This document shows positions 40,700-50,817 of a stretch of DNA of 64,000 nt, piece by piece. Origin of the DNA: Candidatus Latescibacterota bacterium (GTDB taxonomy: Bacteria > Latescibacterota > CBDEFO01); the NCBI GenBank assembly GCA_965237525.1, contig CBDEFO010000007.1:64001-128000 (forward strand), in the 5' to 3' direction. The first letter of the stretch is position 1. Each line of letters begins with the position of its first letter. The notes under the pieces were generated by a model. It was not told the DNA's origin. It saw only the letters and a list, made by a program, of their open reading frames with translations, and did no database searches. The translations under genes were made by a program, and so were the position numbers.

Positions 40700-42316
40700 C
40701 TATCTCTGTCGTGAATCCTGCCACCATTCGTCCCGGCGCGGCGCGTGCCGATGATGGCGGTACTCCACTACGAGTTCCACATCGTGCAGCAAGACGGGTG
40801 GTACACACCGCGGGTCGTGGCTCTTCAGGTCGACCCGGATGGTATTATCGCCTAATGACGGCAGCGGCCCCAATCTCAGCAGATCAACGGTTATCCAGTA
40901 GGTATCAATGAGCCGGGGATTGCCGGGGACGGGCCGTACCGAGTAGGTCCAGTCGAGCCATTCCTGGTGCTGGCGAGGGATCTGCTCGCCATTCAGCCAT
41001 AAATCAAAGGTGTCGCTGTGTATCAGCGAGAGGATGCGGATCCGCAGCTCGCACCTGGACAGCTCGCCCAGTTCCTTCTTTGCAGACAGATCATCGCTGA
41101 CATAGAGAGTCTGCGGCGCACCCTGTTCTCCTACCTTCAGTTCGACGGGAAGCCGATTGGGTGATAAATAGTCTCCGGGCGTATCCTCAGGCCCATTTGG
41201 ACCCTGTCGCACAGCAAAATGCTTGTCCTTATGGGCCAGTAGTTCGGGATGCCCCATGTAGCGGATGGTCTCGAAGTCCGCATCTGAATAGGGATAGCCG
41301 GATGGATAGTAAGTAGAAAAGAAGGCACCATGGGCGCCCTCCCGATAGGCATTGCTTGCCTGGGCTACTTGCATTTCACGTGTGGCATTTTGAAAGGCAT
41401 CGTGGCGGATAATGTTGGAAATACCCTTTATGATCTTGACATCTGTGCCGCGGGCTGCCTCTATCAGTTCAGCGATGCTGGCGGGATGTTGCTCCATTAA
41501 CCCCAGTTTGTGAGGCGGCATCGCCAGCACTGTATCCACGATCCCCTCCCGGATCATCGTCTCCAGATCGATCCCCAGGGCCTTGCTTCCCTCCAGGCTG
41601 GCGGCAGCGAGGACCAAAAGACGCTTCTCCCTGCCCTGTTGTTCAGCCGCCTTGTCGCATAAGCTCCGGACCTCATCAACAAACTGAGTGAAGGTATCAG
41701 TGTGCTCCTCGACCTCCCGGCGCGCAAGGAAAGGGGCATAATCCAAAATATTCAGCTCAATTCCGTCCGAGTCATAGGCAGATACCAGTTCTTCGACCAC
41801 AGCCAGGCGATTCTGGCGGACTTCGGGGATGGCGTAGGAGAAGCGGCCGGGATCATCCCAGCGGGCTTCTGGAAAATCCGGCTCAGGTCCCACCTGGTAC
41901 TCGGGATGCTCAAAGCAGAAATCTGAGCAGCGGCAGTCCGTCACCTCAGCGGGTTCCTGGTGCTGCATCGCCAACAGAAGGCTGGGCATAAAGCTGAATC
42001 CCAGATCGTGGGCCCGCTGGCAGACCACCCTGAGCGGATCGTGCCCATCTGTGATAAACTGCTCCAGATTCAGGCCTGCGCGGTAAAAGATTATTTGGTT
42101 GGTCTTCTTGACATTGTGGCCCCAGCGCTCACCGGCCTTGGTGTCGTAGAGCAGAACCCGGCAGTCCCCCACAGCGTAGGTGATGGTGTCAATCCCCAGG
42201 TCTACCAGTTCATCGATAGGTGCGGTGTAGATACGCTCATCCATCGGCGGTTCGTAGATATAGACCGATGTATGCCTGCCATCGGTGTAGAAGACAACCT
42301 CCTTTTCGCGGCTCAT
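40700..42316 (-). CDS. Glycoside-hydrolase-like (GHL10-type) TIM-barrel protein
   Basis: FSYAIPEVRQNRLAVVEELVSAYDSDGIEL pattern. Confidence 0.6.
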   Translation of the reverse strand: MSREKEVVFYTDGRHTSVYIYEPPMDERIYTAPIDELVDLGIDTITYAVGDCRVLLYDTKAGERWGHNVKKTNQIIFYRAGLNLEQFITDGHDPLRVVCQRAHDLGFSFMPSLLLAMQHQEPAEVTDCRCSDFCFEHPEYQVGPEPDFPEARWDDPGRFSYAIPEVRQNRLAVVEELVSAYDSDGIELNILDYAPFLARREVEEHTDTFTQFVDEVRSLCDKAAEQQGREKRLLVLAAASLEGSKALGIDLETMIREGIVDTVLAMPPHKLGLMEQHPASIAELIEAARGTDVKIIKGISNIIRHDAFQNATREMQVAQASNAYREGAHGAFFSTYYPSGYPYSDADFETIRYMGHPELLAHKDKHFAVRQGPNGPEDTPGDYLSPNRLPVELKVGEQGAPQTLYVSDDLSAKKELGELSRCELRIRILSLIHSDTFDLWLNGEQIPRQHQEWLDWTYSVRPVPGNPRLIDTYWITVDLLRLGPLPSLGDNTIRVDLKSHDPRCVPPVLLHDVELVVEYRHHRHAPRRDEWWQDSRQR

Positions 42317-42331
42317 AGTCCTCTCCCTCCT

Positions 42332-43405
42332 CTATTGGTTAGTGCACCCTGCTGCCTCTTCAACTGACTGCGGGCTTCCGACTGCGTCACCCCCGGCCCA
42401 TCGATAAGGGCGCGGATACAGAACCAGGGAACGATCTTTAAGGGGCAGCTTTACGGGGACATTTCCTAATTGGGCTGAGAGTTTAGCAGCGATAGCCACC
42501 TCCAATGCCTGCCTGAGATCATGCCCCGATATCCACAGCTCGCTCCCGGTCTCCACAGCGGCCAGGAAAGATCGGATGGATCCGGTCAGATAAGAGAACT
42601 CGCTCCAGTCGTATGGCTCATATCCAGGATCGATGCGGATGCGGGCGCCGTTGGCATCACAGCCCTGAAATATCTCCGGCGGCGCCCAGTCCCAGCGAAC
42701 CAGGGCCTCTTTACTCCAGACATCCACGCCCCGGGAGGAAGTGGTAGAGCCAAAGACTGCACATTCGATGCCGGATGTAAGGTGAAACAGGCCGTGAATA
42801 ATCAAACCACCATCGGCGTCTTTTTCCAGAGCCTCCGCCGGCGTCCCCCAACACATCACCTCATCTACTTCAGCATTCGTAAAGAGTCTCAGCACCGAAA
42901 TATTTTGGCAACCACCACCGGATATCTCGCCCCTGAATCCGTGCACACTTGCACCTGACAACTCCCCGAACTCCCCGGAACGGAGGCTACGTCCGGCCGC
43001 CTGCACTTCGTGCATGGCCCGCTGTAGGTTCCCCCCGGAGAATACCACGCCGCGGTCTTCACAGGTCTCCACCATCTCGTCCGCATCCGAAAGCATAGCC
43101 GCGATCGGCTTGTCCGTGGACACACCTTTCACGCCGGCCTCGGCACAGGCGATCACCGCCTCCTTCATATGCTTTGTAGGCGTCACCACCGCCGCGATGT
43201 CCGGGACAATATCTCTGAGCAGGGCGGAGGCGTCCGCATAGAGGGCAGATACATCGAAGCGCTCACCCACAGCCTTGCGGCGCCCTGGGTTGTACTCTGC
43301 GATAGCGACGATCTCACAGTCCGGATATGTCGTATAGGCCTCGGCATATACCTGTCCCAGGCGACCGCAGCCTATAATAGCCACCCGGTGTTTGATCTGG
43401 CTCAT
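42332..43405 (-). CDS. Gfo/Idh/MocA oxidoreductase
   Basis: IIGCGRLG Rossmann motif, DKP. Confidence 0.85.
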   Translation of the reverse strand: MSQIKHRVAIIGCGRLGQVYAEAYTTYPDCEIVAIAEYNPGRRKAVGERFDVSALYADASALLRDIVPDIAAVVTPTKHMKEAVIACAEAGVKGVSTDKPIAAMLSDADEMVETCEDRGVVFSGGNLQRAMHEVQAAGRSLRSGEFGELSGASVHGFRGEISGGGCQNISVLRLFTNAEVDEVMCWGTPAEALEKDADGGLIIHGLFHLTSGIECAVFGSTTSSRGVDVWSKEALVRWDWAPPEIFQGCDANGARIRIDPGYEPYDWSEFSYLTGSIRSFLAAVETGSELWISGHDLRQALEVAIAAKLSAQLGNVPVKLPLKDRSLVLYPRPYRWAGGDAVGSPQSVEEAAGCTNQ

Positions 43406-43542
43406 TACATTCTCCCTCCTTTAGTCCTTAAATGACCAGTTCCGATACGTCAAGTCAATATCCGAGGCCAACTTCAGATGGCGCTCTATCTTGTGTCTCT
43501 CCCGTACCGGTCTCGTAACGGGGAAATCAGGACATAAAAAGC

Positions 43543-44634
43543 CTACGGAATCTGCGGCGGGCCTGTATAGCCGATGCTCTCCCAGCCAGCCACATCACCG
43601 CCTTTCAGACGGTATGGATGAGGGAAGATCTTAAGAGAGCGGTCTTCCAAAGGCAGAACAATGCGCCGGTTACCGCGCAGCGATGAAAGGTTCAGGGCAA
43701 TGGCGATTTCCAGTGCGTGCCGGTAGTCGTGGCCGCTGCACTCAGCCTCCTGGCCAGTGTCAAAGGCCCGCATGAGCCGCTCGATAACAGGTATAAAGGG
43801 GTCGTCAAGCCAGGGAGCATCAAAAAACTCCGGATATACCGGAGTCGAAAGTGCTCCGTCCTCCTGAATGAGCACTGGCCTGGGTAGGGTGATCCACACC
43901 TGACCGTTCTCGCCGGTGACTGCGACCTGGCAGGGCACTGCTTGTTCAGGACGTGGCTGGGGGATCTCACAGATGATTCCGCCGGACAGTCCCAGGCGGC
44001 CATAAGCGGGACAGTCGACCTCGCTGTCCGCCGCTTCCTCTGCGCGGAATCCCGGCTCGGGTGGCAGCGTCCAGCCCTCGACCCACTCCACTTCCATACC
44101 AGTGACGAAACGCATTATAGTAAGCAGATGACATCCCCCTCCCGATACCTCGCGCGGCAGTCCGCCTGGAATAGCCGCGGCGGTTAGCCGGCCGATGTTT
44201 CCGGCCCGGATCCAGTCGACGACCTCTGGCAGATACGGAACACACCAGTGGGCGTCCCCGCACCCTAAAGCGGTGCCACGTTCGCGGCAGATGCGCACAA
44301 TTTCATCAGCACGGGCAAGCTCTGAGGCTATAGGCTTCTCGCACGAGACCACCTTTATTCCAGCTTCCGCGCAGGGGATCACCCCGCCATAAGTCTGGGA
44401 CACCGGCAGAATAAGGGAGACGATATCAGGAATATCTCTGGCCAATAGCTCATCCACAGTGTCGTAGACCGTCTGGATACCGTAGTGGTTGGCGAAGTCC
44501 TGTCGGCGGTTCCGGGAGCGATCCACTAAAGCCACGATCTCACAGTCCGGATGGTTGGCGTAGGCTCGGAGAAAGTGGCGGCCCCAGGTTCCAGCGCCAC
44601 CTACGACAGCGACTCTATACTTTTTAGTCGGCAA
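43543..44634 (-). CDS. Gfo/Idh/MocA oxidoreductase (paralog of neighbour)
   Basis: VVGGAGTWG, CEKP; shares EVSGGGC and LPLEDRSL..P.PYR with 42332-43405. Confidence 0.85.
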   Translation of the reverse strand: MPTKKYRVAVVGGAGTWGRHFLRAYANHPDCEIVALVDRSRNRRQDFANHYGIQTVYDTVDELLARDIPDIVSLILPVSQTYGGVIPCAEAGIKVVSCEKPIASELARADEIVRICRERGTALGCGDAHWCVPYLPEVVDWIRAGNIGRLTAAAIPGGLPREVSGGGCHLLTIMRFVTGMEVEWVEGWTLPPEPGFRAEEAADSEVDCPAYGRLGLSGGIICEIPQPRPEQAVPCQVAVTGENGQVWITLPRPVLIQEDGALSTPVYPEFFDAPWLDDPFIPVIERLMRAFDTGQEAECSGHDYRHALEIAIALNLSSLRGNRRIVLPLEDRSLKIFPHPYRLKGGDVAGWESIGYTGPPQIP

Positions 44635-45063
44635 AAGGCTCCTCCTTTGGCCATATCAGACGCATTGTGTCCTCTACAGCGGAAAACTCCACCTAATTCC
44701 AACGCTACTGTAGTGGATCGACCGGCTGCCAGTTGGCTCTTGCCCTCTGACGGGATACCCCTTACGATGACAACCGAGCTGAGCACTTCCGGATGCTCGA
44801 AACTACTCGGGTTAAACTGAAGGGAGCGCTGGATTTCGTCCATTTTACCTGATCGACTTCTGGGCACTGGAGAGGGTTTTTGAACCGCATAATATTTACG
44901 CACCGATTCAAGACGCAAATGTTGTTTCTCCTTTGCAATCCCAAAATTATTCATCTGCAGATACGAATTTAGGTAAAGTGAGTGATTTACAACGGTGTTT
45001 AAACGCAAGATACACACAGCCGGAATAACAGGGTTAAGTGATATGTAACGTCCACCAGGATAC

Positions 45064-45966
45064 TCATGCCACTTCAAAATCCAGGGCATCGAGGGACCGG
45101 CGCAGTTGGGACTCTCCATCAGGTGAGAGCGGTGGGAAATTGCGGGGTGGACCCACCGGGGTACCGCGCCATCCAAGCATGGCCTTGATAGCGGCCATTG
45201 CGCCTGCTTCAAAGATCGGGGCAATGACCCTATTGGCCCGGGTCTGGGCCATCATGGCCTGGCGGATGTCACCGGCCTCGAAGCTCTTGCGCATCTGGAC
45301 GAAGAGGCGCGGCATGATGTTATAGGTCGTGCCGATGGCTCCATCGCTGCCCATGACCATAGCGGCCAGACACATCTGGTCCGGTCCGGAGATGGCGTTG
45401 ATCCGACCTTCCGAAAGGTCCACCAACTGCTGAAATAGGTACAAGTCATTATCGGTGAACTTGATCCCCGTGAAGTTGGGCACGGAATTCATAGCCTCTA
45501 GGAACTGCGGGACCGTAACGGAACTGTCCGCGTTGCGGGCTAGCCAGTAGACATAGAAGGGCAGATCGGCGGCCGCGCCAATAGCACTGTAGTGCTCGAC
45601 TGCTGCCGGCAGATCGTTGGGCCTGTCGATGGGGGCCACGGAGGCGACAGCATCCGCTCCGATCTCAGCCGCGTGCTTCGCAAGTTCCACGGCGTTCTCC
45701 GTACTGGTCGCCCCTACCTGGAGGATAATCGGCACATCTCCGGCTACCTCCCTGACCACGACTTCGGCCATCTGCTTCCGCTCTCCCACGCTCATGGCCG
45801 CGCCCTCACCCGTACTGCCGCAGACGAAGAAGCCACTGGAGCCTGCGTCCAGCAGCGCGCGCAGCAGAGGAGGAACTCGCTCTAGGGCCAGCTCTTGTCC
45901 ACTGTCATCAAAGGGGGTACAGAGTGCCGGAAGTATTCCGCAAGCCAGTTTGGGTGTAGCGCACAT
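45064..45966 (-). CDS. DHDPS/N-acetylneuraminate lyase family aldolase
   Basis: GSTGE, GIKFT, GAIGTTYN; start refined to ATG 45966. Confidence 0.88.
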   Translation of the reverse strand: MCATPKLACGILPALCTPFDDSGQELALERVPPLLRALLDAGSSGFFVCGSTGEGAAMSVGERKQMAEVVVREVAGDVPIILQVGATSTENAVELAKHAAEIGADAVASVAPIDRPNDLPAAVEHYSAIGAAADLPFYVYWLARNADSSVTVPQFLEAMNSVPNFTGIKFTDNDLYLFQQLVDLSEGRINAISGPDQMCLAAMVMGSDGAIGTTYNIMPRLFVQMRKSFEAGDIRQAMMAQTRANRVIAPIFEAGAMAAIKAMLGWRGTPVGPPRNFPPLSPDGESQLRRSLDALDFEVA

Positions 45967-46019
45967 TAGTTTCCTTCCTTTCTCATTCCCGTACCTGACG
46001 GGCGTAGGCGATCCCCGCC

Positions 46020-46040
46020 CCCCGATAGAGTCAATCGGGG
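46020..46040. repeat. 21-bp palindrome, opposite orientation
   Basis: CCCCGATAGAGTCAATCGGGG is the reverse complement of the 37276 variant; half copy ATCTATCGGGG at 46331. Confidence 0.88.
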
Positions 46041-46461
46041 ATGAACTCGACTCTCGAACCCGGTATCGGATCAAGGCTAAGGTAATTGCAGCTGAGCCGC
46101 TGTGATATTTGGGACACTTTCGATCGTTTTACTGGAGCATCGTTGCAAATCAAAATAGAATCCATACACTGTCCCGTACTTCAACTGTTAGGCAAGAGGA
46201 TGACGGGTATAAGGTACTTTATCTGTGTGGGGCATGTCAACAGGAAAATAGCCATGTTGGTCAGAAAATATCAGGATCATTTTGCGACTTGGAAAGATAG
46301 CACTTTTCAAGGATCTATCGCACACGGAACATCTATCGGGGGGGACGCGTGTCTGCCCTGAAAATACGGGCGAACCAGTTCGTGCTTTGCTGCCACCACC
46401 TCATCCTCCCTGACAAAGCGCCCACGGCGCCTCACCCCAGCGTATACATATGTTGGGGTAA

Positions 46462-46916
46462 ATGGATCTTTCCATTTTTTGCACTGATAGCGCATGTCTG
46501 TATCTATACTTAATTTACCGTGCTAAGGGACTTATCGAAGTGCCCGATATCCAGCAGGATCTGAATGAGGCCCCCCCTCGATGTGAGGGAAAGGGATGCG
46601 GTCTTGCTTCACACAGGTCACCACAGAAGGATGTACGCCTGCTTTCACCACCGACTGGGCGGGGATATCGGCAGACACATCCCGATGGTTCGCATATAAG
46701 AAGATTACTGCCTTTGGAGTAGAATCGCCAGGGCCGGGCATTCCGGGCGTATCCAACGAAGATGTCTATAGAATCTGCGGACAGATGGGTTTTACACACT
46801 ATGAGAACCTTGTGAATTTTGATAAAGTTCTGGGCGTGGGCAGATTCAGATTTATCGCTTTTCCTCTCAAGATTAGAAGAGGTGCAGGTTCACCTGTCAG
46901 GGCTGTAGCAGTTTAA
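46462..46916 (+). pseudogene. Cyclase (kynurenine formamidase) family C-terminal fragment
   Basis: DAVLLHTG, ENLVNFD..FIAFPLKI..GAGSPVRAVA across frameshifts; N-terminus absent. Confidence 0.75.
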
Positions 46917-46932
46917 GATGGATAGAGGGTAT

Positions 46933-48222
46933 CTATCCTTCAGGAGGCCACGGATCCAGTGTCGCCCCTGACGGGCGAGTCCCGGTCGGTCTTATGATCT
47001 GCTTCTCAGAAGGGCCATAAACCACGTCCAGATGAGGCGTCTCCACTCTGCTGTAGCCCTGATACCTCGAGTTCATCACGGAATCTATCGCCCCCGTCGT
47101 CAAAAGTGTCCTTTCTACCCGATACTGGGGCTTTCCCGTCAAAAACATCTCTTGTATGTTTAAAGACAGATAGCTGAAGTTTCCATGGGGCGGCTGGTTT
47201 TGAATATAAAATTCCGTCGCCAGTACCTCTCCATCAGAGAGCCCGGCAAACGCAAAATCATAGATATAGCCCAAAAGCATCAGTATTGTGGCTTTGAGGC
47301 CATCTCTATATTCGATCATGAAAGCCGCCGGATTTGGACAGTGTTCCCGCATATCCCCCGGGGGTTTGTCAACGATTGCAGAAGAGGCGGCCTCCTCCAG
47401 CTTCCGCGACCAGAGACCCTCACTGCGGGCACTCCAGACATCCTCTCCCTCAAGGCACTGAACCGCTGCTATTCCCGTCTCTCCCCCACTTCTACGCTCC
47501 ACCATACACTGAAGGTTCTCAAGGGCGTGAATGCCGTATATCTCAACCCCTGAGTATGAGATTACTAACGATTCCTGTACGGGTGTACCTAACTCAAATT
47601 CCAGTTGAGGATTTCTCCAGGCCAGGGGAACAGACGATCCAGCCATCAGTGGGACATCCAACTCCTGCGCTCTCTCATACATCCATAGGGCGTCATCCCA
47701 GTTGTAGGATAGATGCTTGTCGTTGAACACAGGCACCGATTTTCCGCTGGAGGCAAAGACTCCGCAGATCTGCTCGAAAAAGTAGCGCCTGGGAAACATG
47801 TGCTGACCCTTCTCATTGGAAGGATAATCACCGTGCTCTCCGATTAAGAGCACGCCGTCTACTGCCAGCTTATCCCCTCCCAACGTAAGCGCCGCCCGAA
47901 TGCTCTGGTAGATAGGGATATTGTGCTCTGCTGCCAGCTTCTGTCCTACATCTTTTTCGTGGATCTGATCCAGATATATCGAGGCCAATTCCACTTTAGG
48001 TTCTTTCAAACCCTCATCGGTTGGGAATCCCTTCATGAACTTGGTGACGATCACATCTGCGTGGGATCCCTGAAAGTAAGTGGTGATGATAGCAGCTATC
48101 TTTTTCTTGTCCATAACGCCTCCTAAAGTATAGTAACTTTTGGCAAAGCTCTCTGCATAACTGACAAGGCCGATGCCGACCGATCCGGCAAGGGTAGTTT
48201 TAAGGAATTCTCTTCTATCCAT
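46933..48222 (-). CDS. Hypothetical oxidoreductase-like protein with Tat signal
   Basis: MDRREFLK twin-arginine motif; DGVLLIGEHGDYP, FNDKHLS, MAGSS. Confidence 0.7.
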   Translation of the reverse strand: MDRREFLKTTLAGSVGIGLVSYAESFAKSYYTLGGVMDKKKIAAIITTYFQGSHADVIVTKFMKGFPTDEGLKEPKVELASIYLDQIHEKDVGQKLAAEHNIPIYQSIRAALTLGGDKLAVDGVLLIGEHGDYPSNEKGQHMFPRRYFFEQICGVFASSGKSVPVFNDKHLSYNWDDALWMYERAQELDVPLMAGSSVPLAWRNPQLEFELGTPVQESLVISYSGVEIYGIHALENLQCMVERRSGGETGIAAVQCLEGEDVWSARSEGLWSRKLEEAASSAIVDKPPGDMREHCPNPAAFMIEYRDGLKATILMLLGYIYDFAFAGLSDGEVLATEFYIQNQPPHGNFSYLSLNIQEMFLTGKPQYRVERTLLTTGAIDSVMNSRYQGYSRVETPHLDVVYGPSEKQIIRPTGTRPSGATLDPWPPEG

Positions 48223-48506
48223 TTTTTTCCTTATCTATTGTCTACCGCCTACTTGCTTTAGTGCACACCCCCTCGCAAGGATTCAGCACAAATTTAATAT
48301 ATCCGATAAGTTTTGTCAAGATGCCTGTAGTTCAATTCCTGTTGTCCGGTTTCCTTCTGAATATTCTTGAACCCTCCTTCCAGGTTTACCCTGTGACGTC
48401 TCATCTGATTGGCGCAGAAATAGGAGTAGGGAGTTATGTAGGAACTCTCTTAAGTCAGAGAGTAGTGAATACTTAATTTGCCACATAAGGAATTTCTCAT
48501 ATTTAC

Positions 48507-48535
48507 TTGACAACTCGGAGCAAGTGGTTTAACAT
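48507..48535 (+). promoter_or_regulatory. Sigma70-type promoter of the TonB-receptor/PQQ operon
   Basis: TTGACA-N17-TAACAT. Confidence 0.6.
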
Positions 48536-48648
48536 ACTGGGGCGCTATGCTGTGGATCAGAGGAACCTGTTCAGGCCCGGCCTCTCAGAGCAGATTGAAT
48601 CACAAGGGGTAAAGAAATGCATCATTTTCAAAGCGGGAGGAAGCTACT

Positions 48649-50754
48649 ATTCGGCTCCTAAGCCTCGTGCTCGTTGTTATGTCTGCTTCGGTATATCTAT
48701 ACGCTGAAGAGACCCAATCGGTAACCGAAGATCCGGAGGAGGTCATAGTCCTGGAGGAGGTGGTTGTGACTGCCACCCGGACGGATCAGACGCTCAGAGA
48801 CATTCCCGCCAACGTGACGATTCTTGACAGGGCGGATATCCAGCGATCGGCGGCTCAGACTCTGGACGATCTCTTGCGGCAGGTACCGGGCTTCAGTCTC
48901 TTTCGACGCTCAAGCAGCGTCGTGGCCCACCCCACCACACAGGGCGTGTCCCTGCGCGGAATCGGGGCCAGCGGATCCAGCCGTACCCTGATTCTTCTTG
49001 ATGGAATGCCCTTAAACGATCCGTTTGGGGGCTGGGTGCAGTGGAGCAAGGTCCGGATGGAGAGCGTTGAGCGTATCGAAGTGCTCCGAGGGGGAGGATC
49101 TCATATCTGGGGCAACTACGCCTTGGGCGGAGTCATTCACATCATCACATCGCGACCTCAGAAGAAGACAGTAACGCTCTCCGGCAAGCTAGGAAATCGG
49201 AAAACCGCGACCTTGGACTTTTCTGCCAGCGATCGCTTTGGATCAACCGGTCTGGCGCTTGAAGGAAGCTATTTCAATACCCGGGGGTATCCGATTGTTC
49301 GAGCGGATCAGCGGGGACAGATAGACGTTAACGCCGATTCCGAAAACAAGACCGTCAGGGTAAAGCTGACGCAGAATCTCTCGCCGACAGCTAAGCTGTA
49401 TCTACAAGGCGGCCTATTCAGTGAAGAACGTGACAACGGTACGCCCCTCACCCACAACAGCACAGACGCGGGATACATCGGGATAAGCACTACACTTCAG
49501 AGGTCGGATGGAAGCAAGTGGACCCTCACAGGCTTTTCGCACCTCCAGCGGTTCAAGAGTTTTTTCTCGTCCCAGGCCTCCGACCGGAATTCGGAAGGTC
49601 CGGCCCTCGATCAGTTTAATGTCCCTTCGCAGGCAGTAGGGATAACACTGGAGTGGCTCAAGCCGATAAGCGCAGAGCATCTGCTCACGGCAGGATCGGA
49701 CCTTCGATGGCTTTCGGGAGAGACCAACGAGGAGTTCTTCCTCAAGTCCAACCGGTTTGTCCGGCGCCGCAGGGCAGGTGGAGACCAGCAGGTGATGGGA
49801 ATTTACCTCCAGGACATCTTTATCCCCCGGCACCGCTGGCAGATCACGTATGGCAGCAGGGTCGATTTGTGGCGCAGTTTTGATGGTTCTCGCCTTGAGC
49901 GGAATCTGGAGACGGATGAGGTCATACGAGAGGATACATTCGCCGATCGAACCCGCTGGGTCTTCAACCCTAAGGTGGGGCTGCGCTTCGATGCGACCGA
50001 CCGCGTCTCCTTTCGAAGTTCCCTTTATCGGACCTTTCGCGCACCGACGTTGAACGAACTCTTCAGACCCTTTCGGGTCCGAAACGATATTACCGCGGCC
50101 AACGAAAACTTGAATCCGGAGCGACTGCACGGTGGGGAGGTTGGAATCGACTATGTCACCTCCTCCCTGACCGGTCGCCTGACAGGCTACTGGAACGAGG
50201 TGAAGGGATCTGTCGTCAACCTGACAATCGGAAGCGGACCAGGGCAGGTTGACCCCTGCGGGTTCGTTCCCGACGGTGGTCTCTGCCGTCAGCGGCACAA
50301 TCTGGACAGGACACGAATCCGTGGGATCGAAGCAGAGTTGACCTATCACAACCGTTCATTTTGGACTGGGTCTATAAGCTATCTCTTCAACGAAAGCAGA
50401 ATCGTGAGCGCACCGGCTCAGCCGGAGCTCGAAGGCAGGCGCCTTCCTCAGGTGCCAGAGCATCATCTAGTCCTGAAAATAAGTTATGCCAACCCGTCTC
50501 TACTGGTCGCCAGCGTTCAGGGACGGTATGTGGGCAATCAATTTGAAGACGATATCAATTCGCTTGAGCTTGGGGATTTCGGCGTGGTAGATCTCTTCGT
50601 GTCGCGACCGATCCAATCGGGAAGGGAGATTTTCTTTCAGGTGGAAAATCTTTTCGATCGATCCTACGCCGTCGGCAAGACAGGCGGTGGTCTGGTAACG
50701 ATCGGTGCACCGGTACGTTTCCATGCAGGATTTCGAATGATGATGCCCGACTGA
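48649..50754 (+). CDS. TonB-dependent receptor (start probably ATT 48649; GTG 48667 is the alternative)
   Basis: TonB box EEVVVTATR, plug SLRG..LLDG..IEVLRG..GGVIHIIT, barrel ENLFD. Confidence 0.92.
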   Translation: MRLLSLVLVVMSASVYLYAEETQSVTEDPEEVIVLEEVVVTATRTDQTLRDIPANVTILDRADIQRSAAQTLDDLLRQVPGFSLFRRSSSVVAHPTTQGVSLRGIGASGSSRTLILLDGMPLNDPFGGWVQWSKVRMESVERIEVLRGGGSHIWGNYALGGVIHIITSRPQKKTVTLSGKLGNRKTATLDFSASDRFGSTGLALEGSYFNTRGYPIVRADQRGQIDVNADSENKTVRVKLTQNLSPTAKLYLQGGLFSEERDNGTPLTHNSTDAGYIGISTTLQRSDGSKWTLTGFSHLQRFKSFFSSQASDRNSEGPALDQFNVPSQAVGITLEWLKPISAEHLLTAGSDLRWLSGETNEEFFLKSNRFVRRRRAGGDQQVMGIYLQDIFIPRHRWQITYGSRVDLWRSFDGSRLERNLETDEVIREDTFADRTRWVFNPKVGLRFDATDRVSFRSSLYRTFRAPTLNELFRPFRVRNDITAANENLNPERLHGGEVGIDYVTSSLTGRLTGYWNEVKGSVVNLTIGSGPGQVDPCGFVPDGGLCRQRHNLDRTRIRGIEAELTYHNRSFWTGSISYLFNESRIVSAPAQPELEGRRLPQVPEHHLVLKISYANPSLLVASVQGRYVGNQFEDDINSLELGDFGVVDLFVSRPIQSGREIFFQVENLFDRSYAVGKTGGGLVTIGAPVRFHAGFRMMMPD

Positions 50755-50765
50755 ATCTATCGGGG
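50745..50765. repeat. 21-bp palindrome (2 mismatches) supplying the receptor stop codon
   Basis: GCCCGAC-TGA-ATCTATCGGGG; TGA at 50752-50754. Confidence 0.8.
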
Positions 50766-50817
50766 ATGAAGCTGTAGAGAAGTTCTCATAACGTCTCATG
50801 ATAAAGGAGGTCAAACT

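Noticed and set aside
44601..45224. 207-aa minus-strand ORF and possible IS-end remnant near 45020-45036
   Set aside because: Overlaps neighbouring genes, has no recognisable motif, and no partner inverted repeat was found
36257..46074. N-terminal extensions containing PIESIG/PIDSIG in ORFs 36257-37348 and 45064-46074
   Set aside because: ORF-caller extensions through intergenic palindromes; better RBS-supported starts at 37234 and 45966
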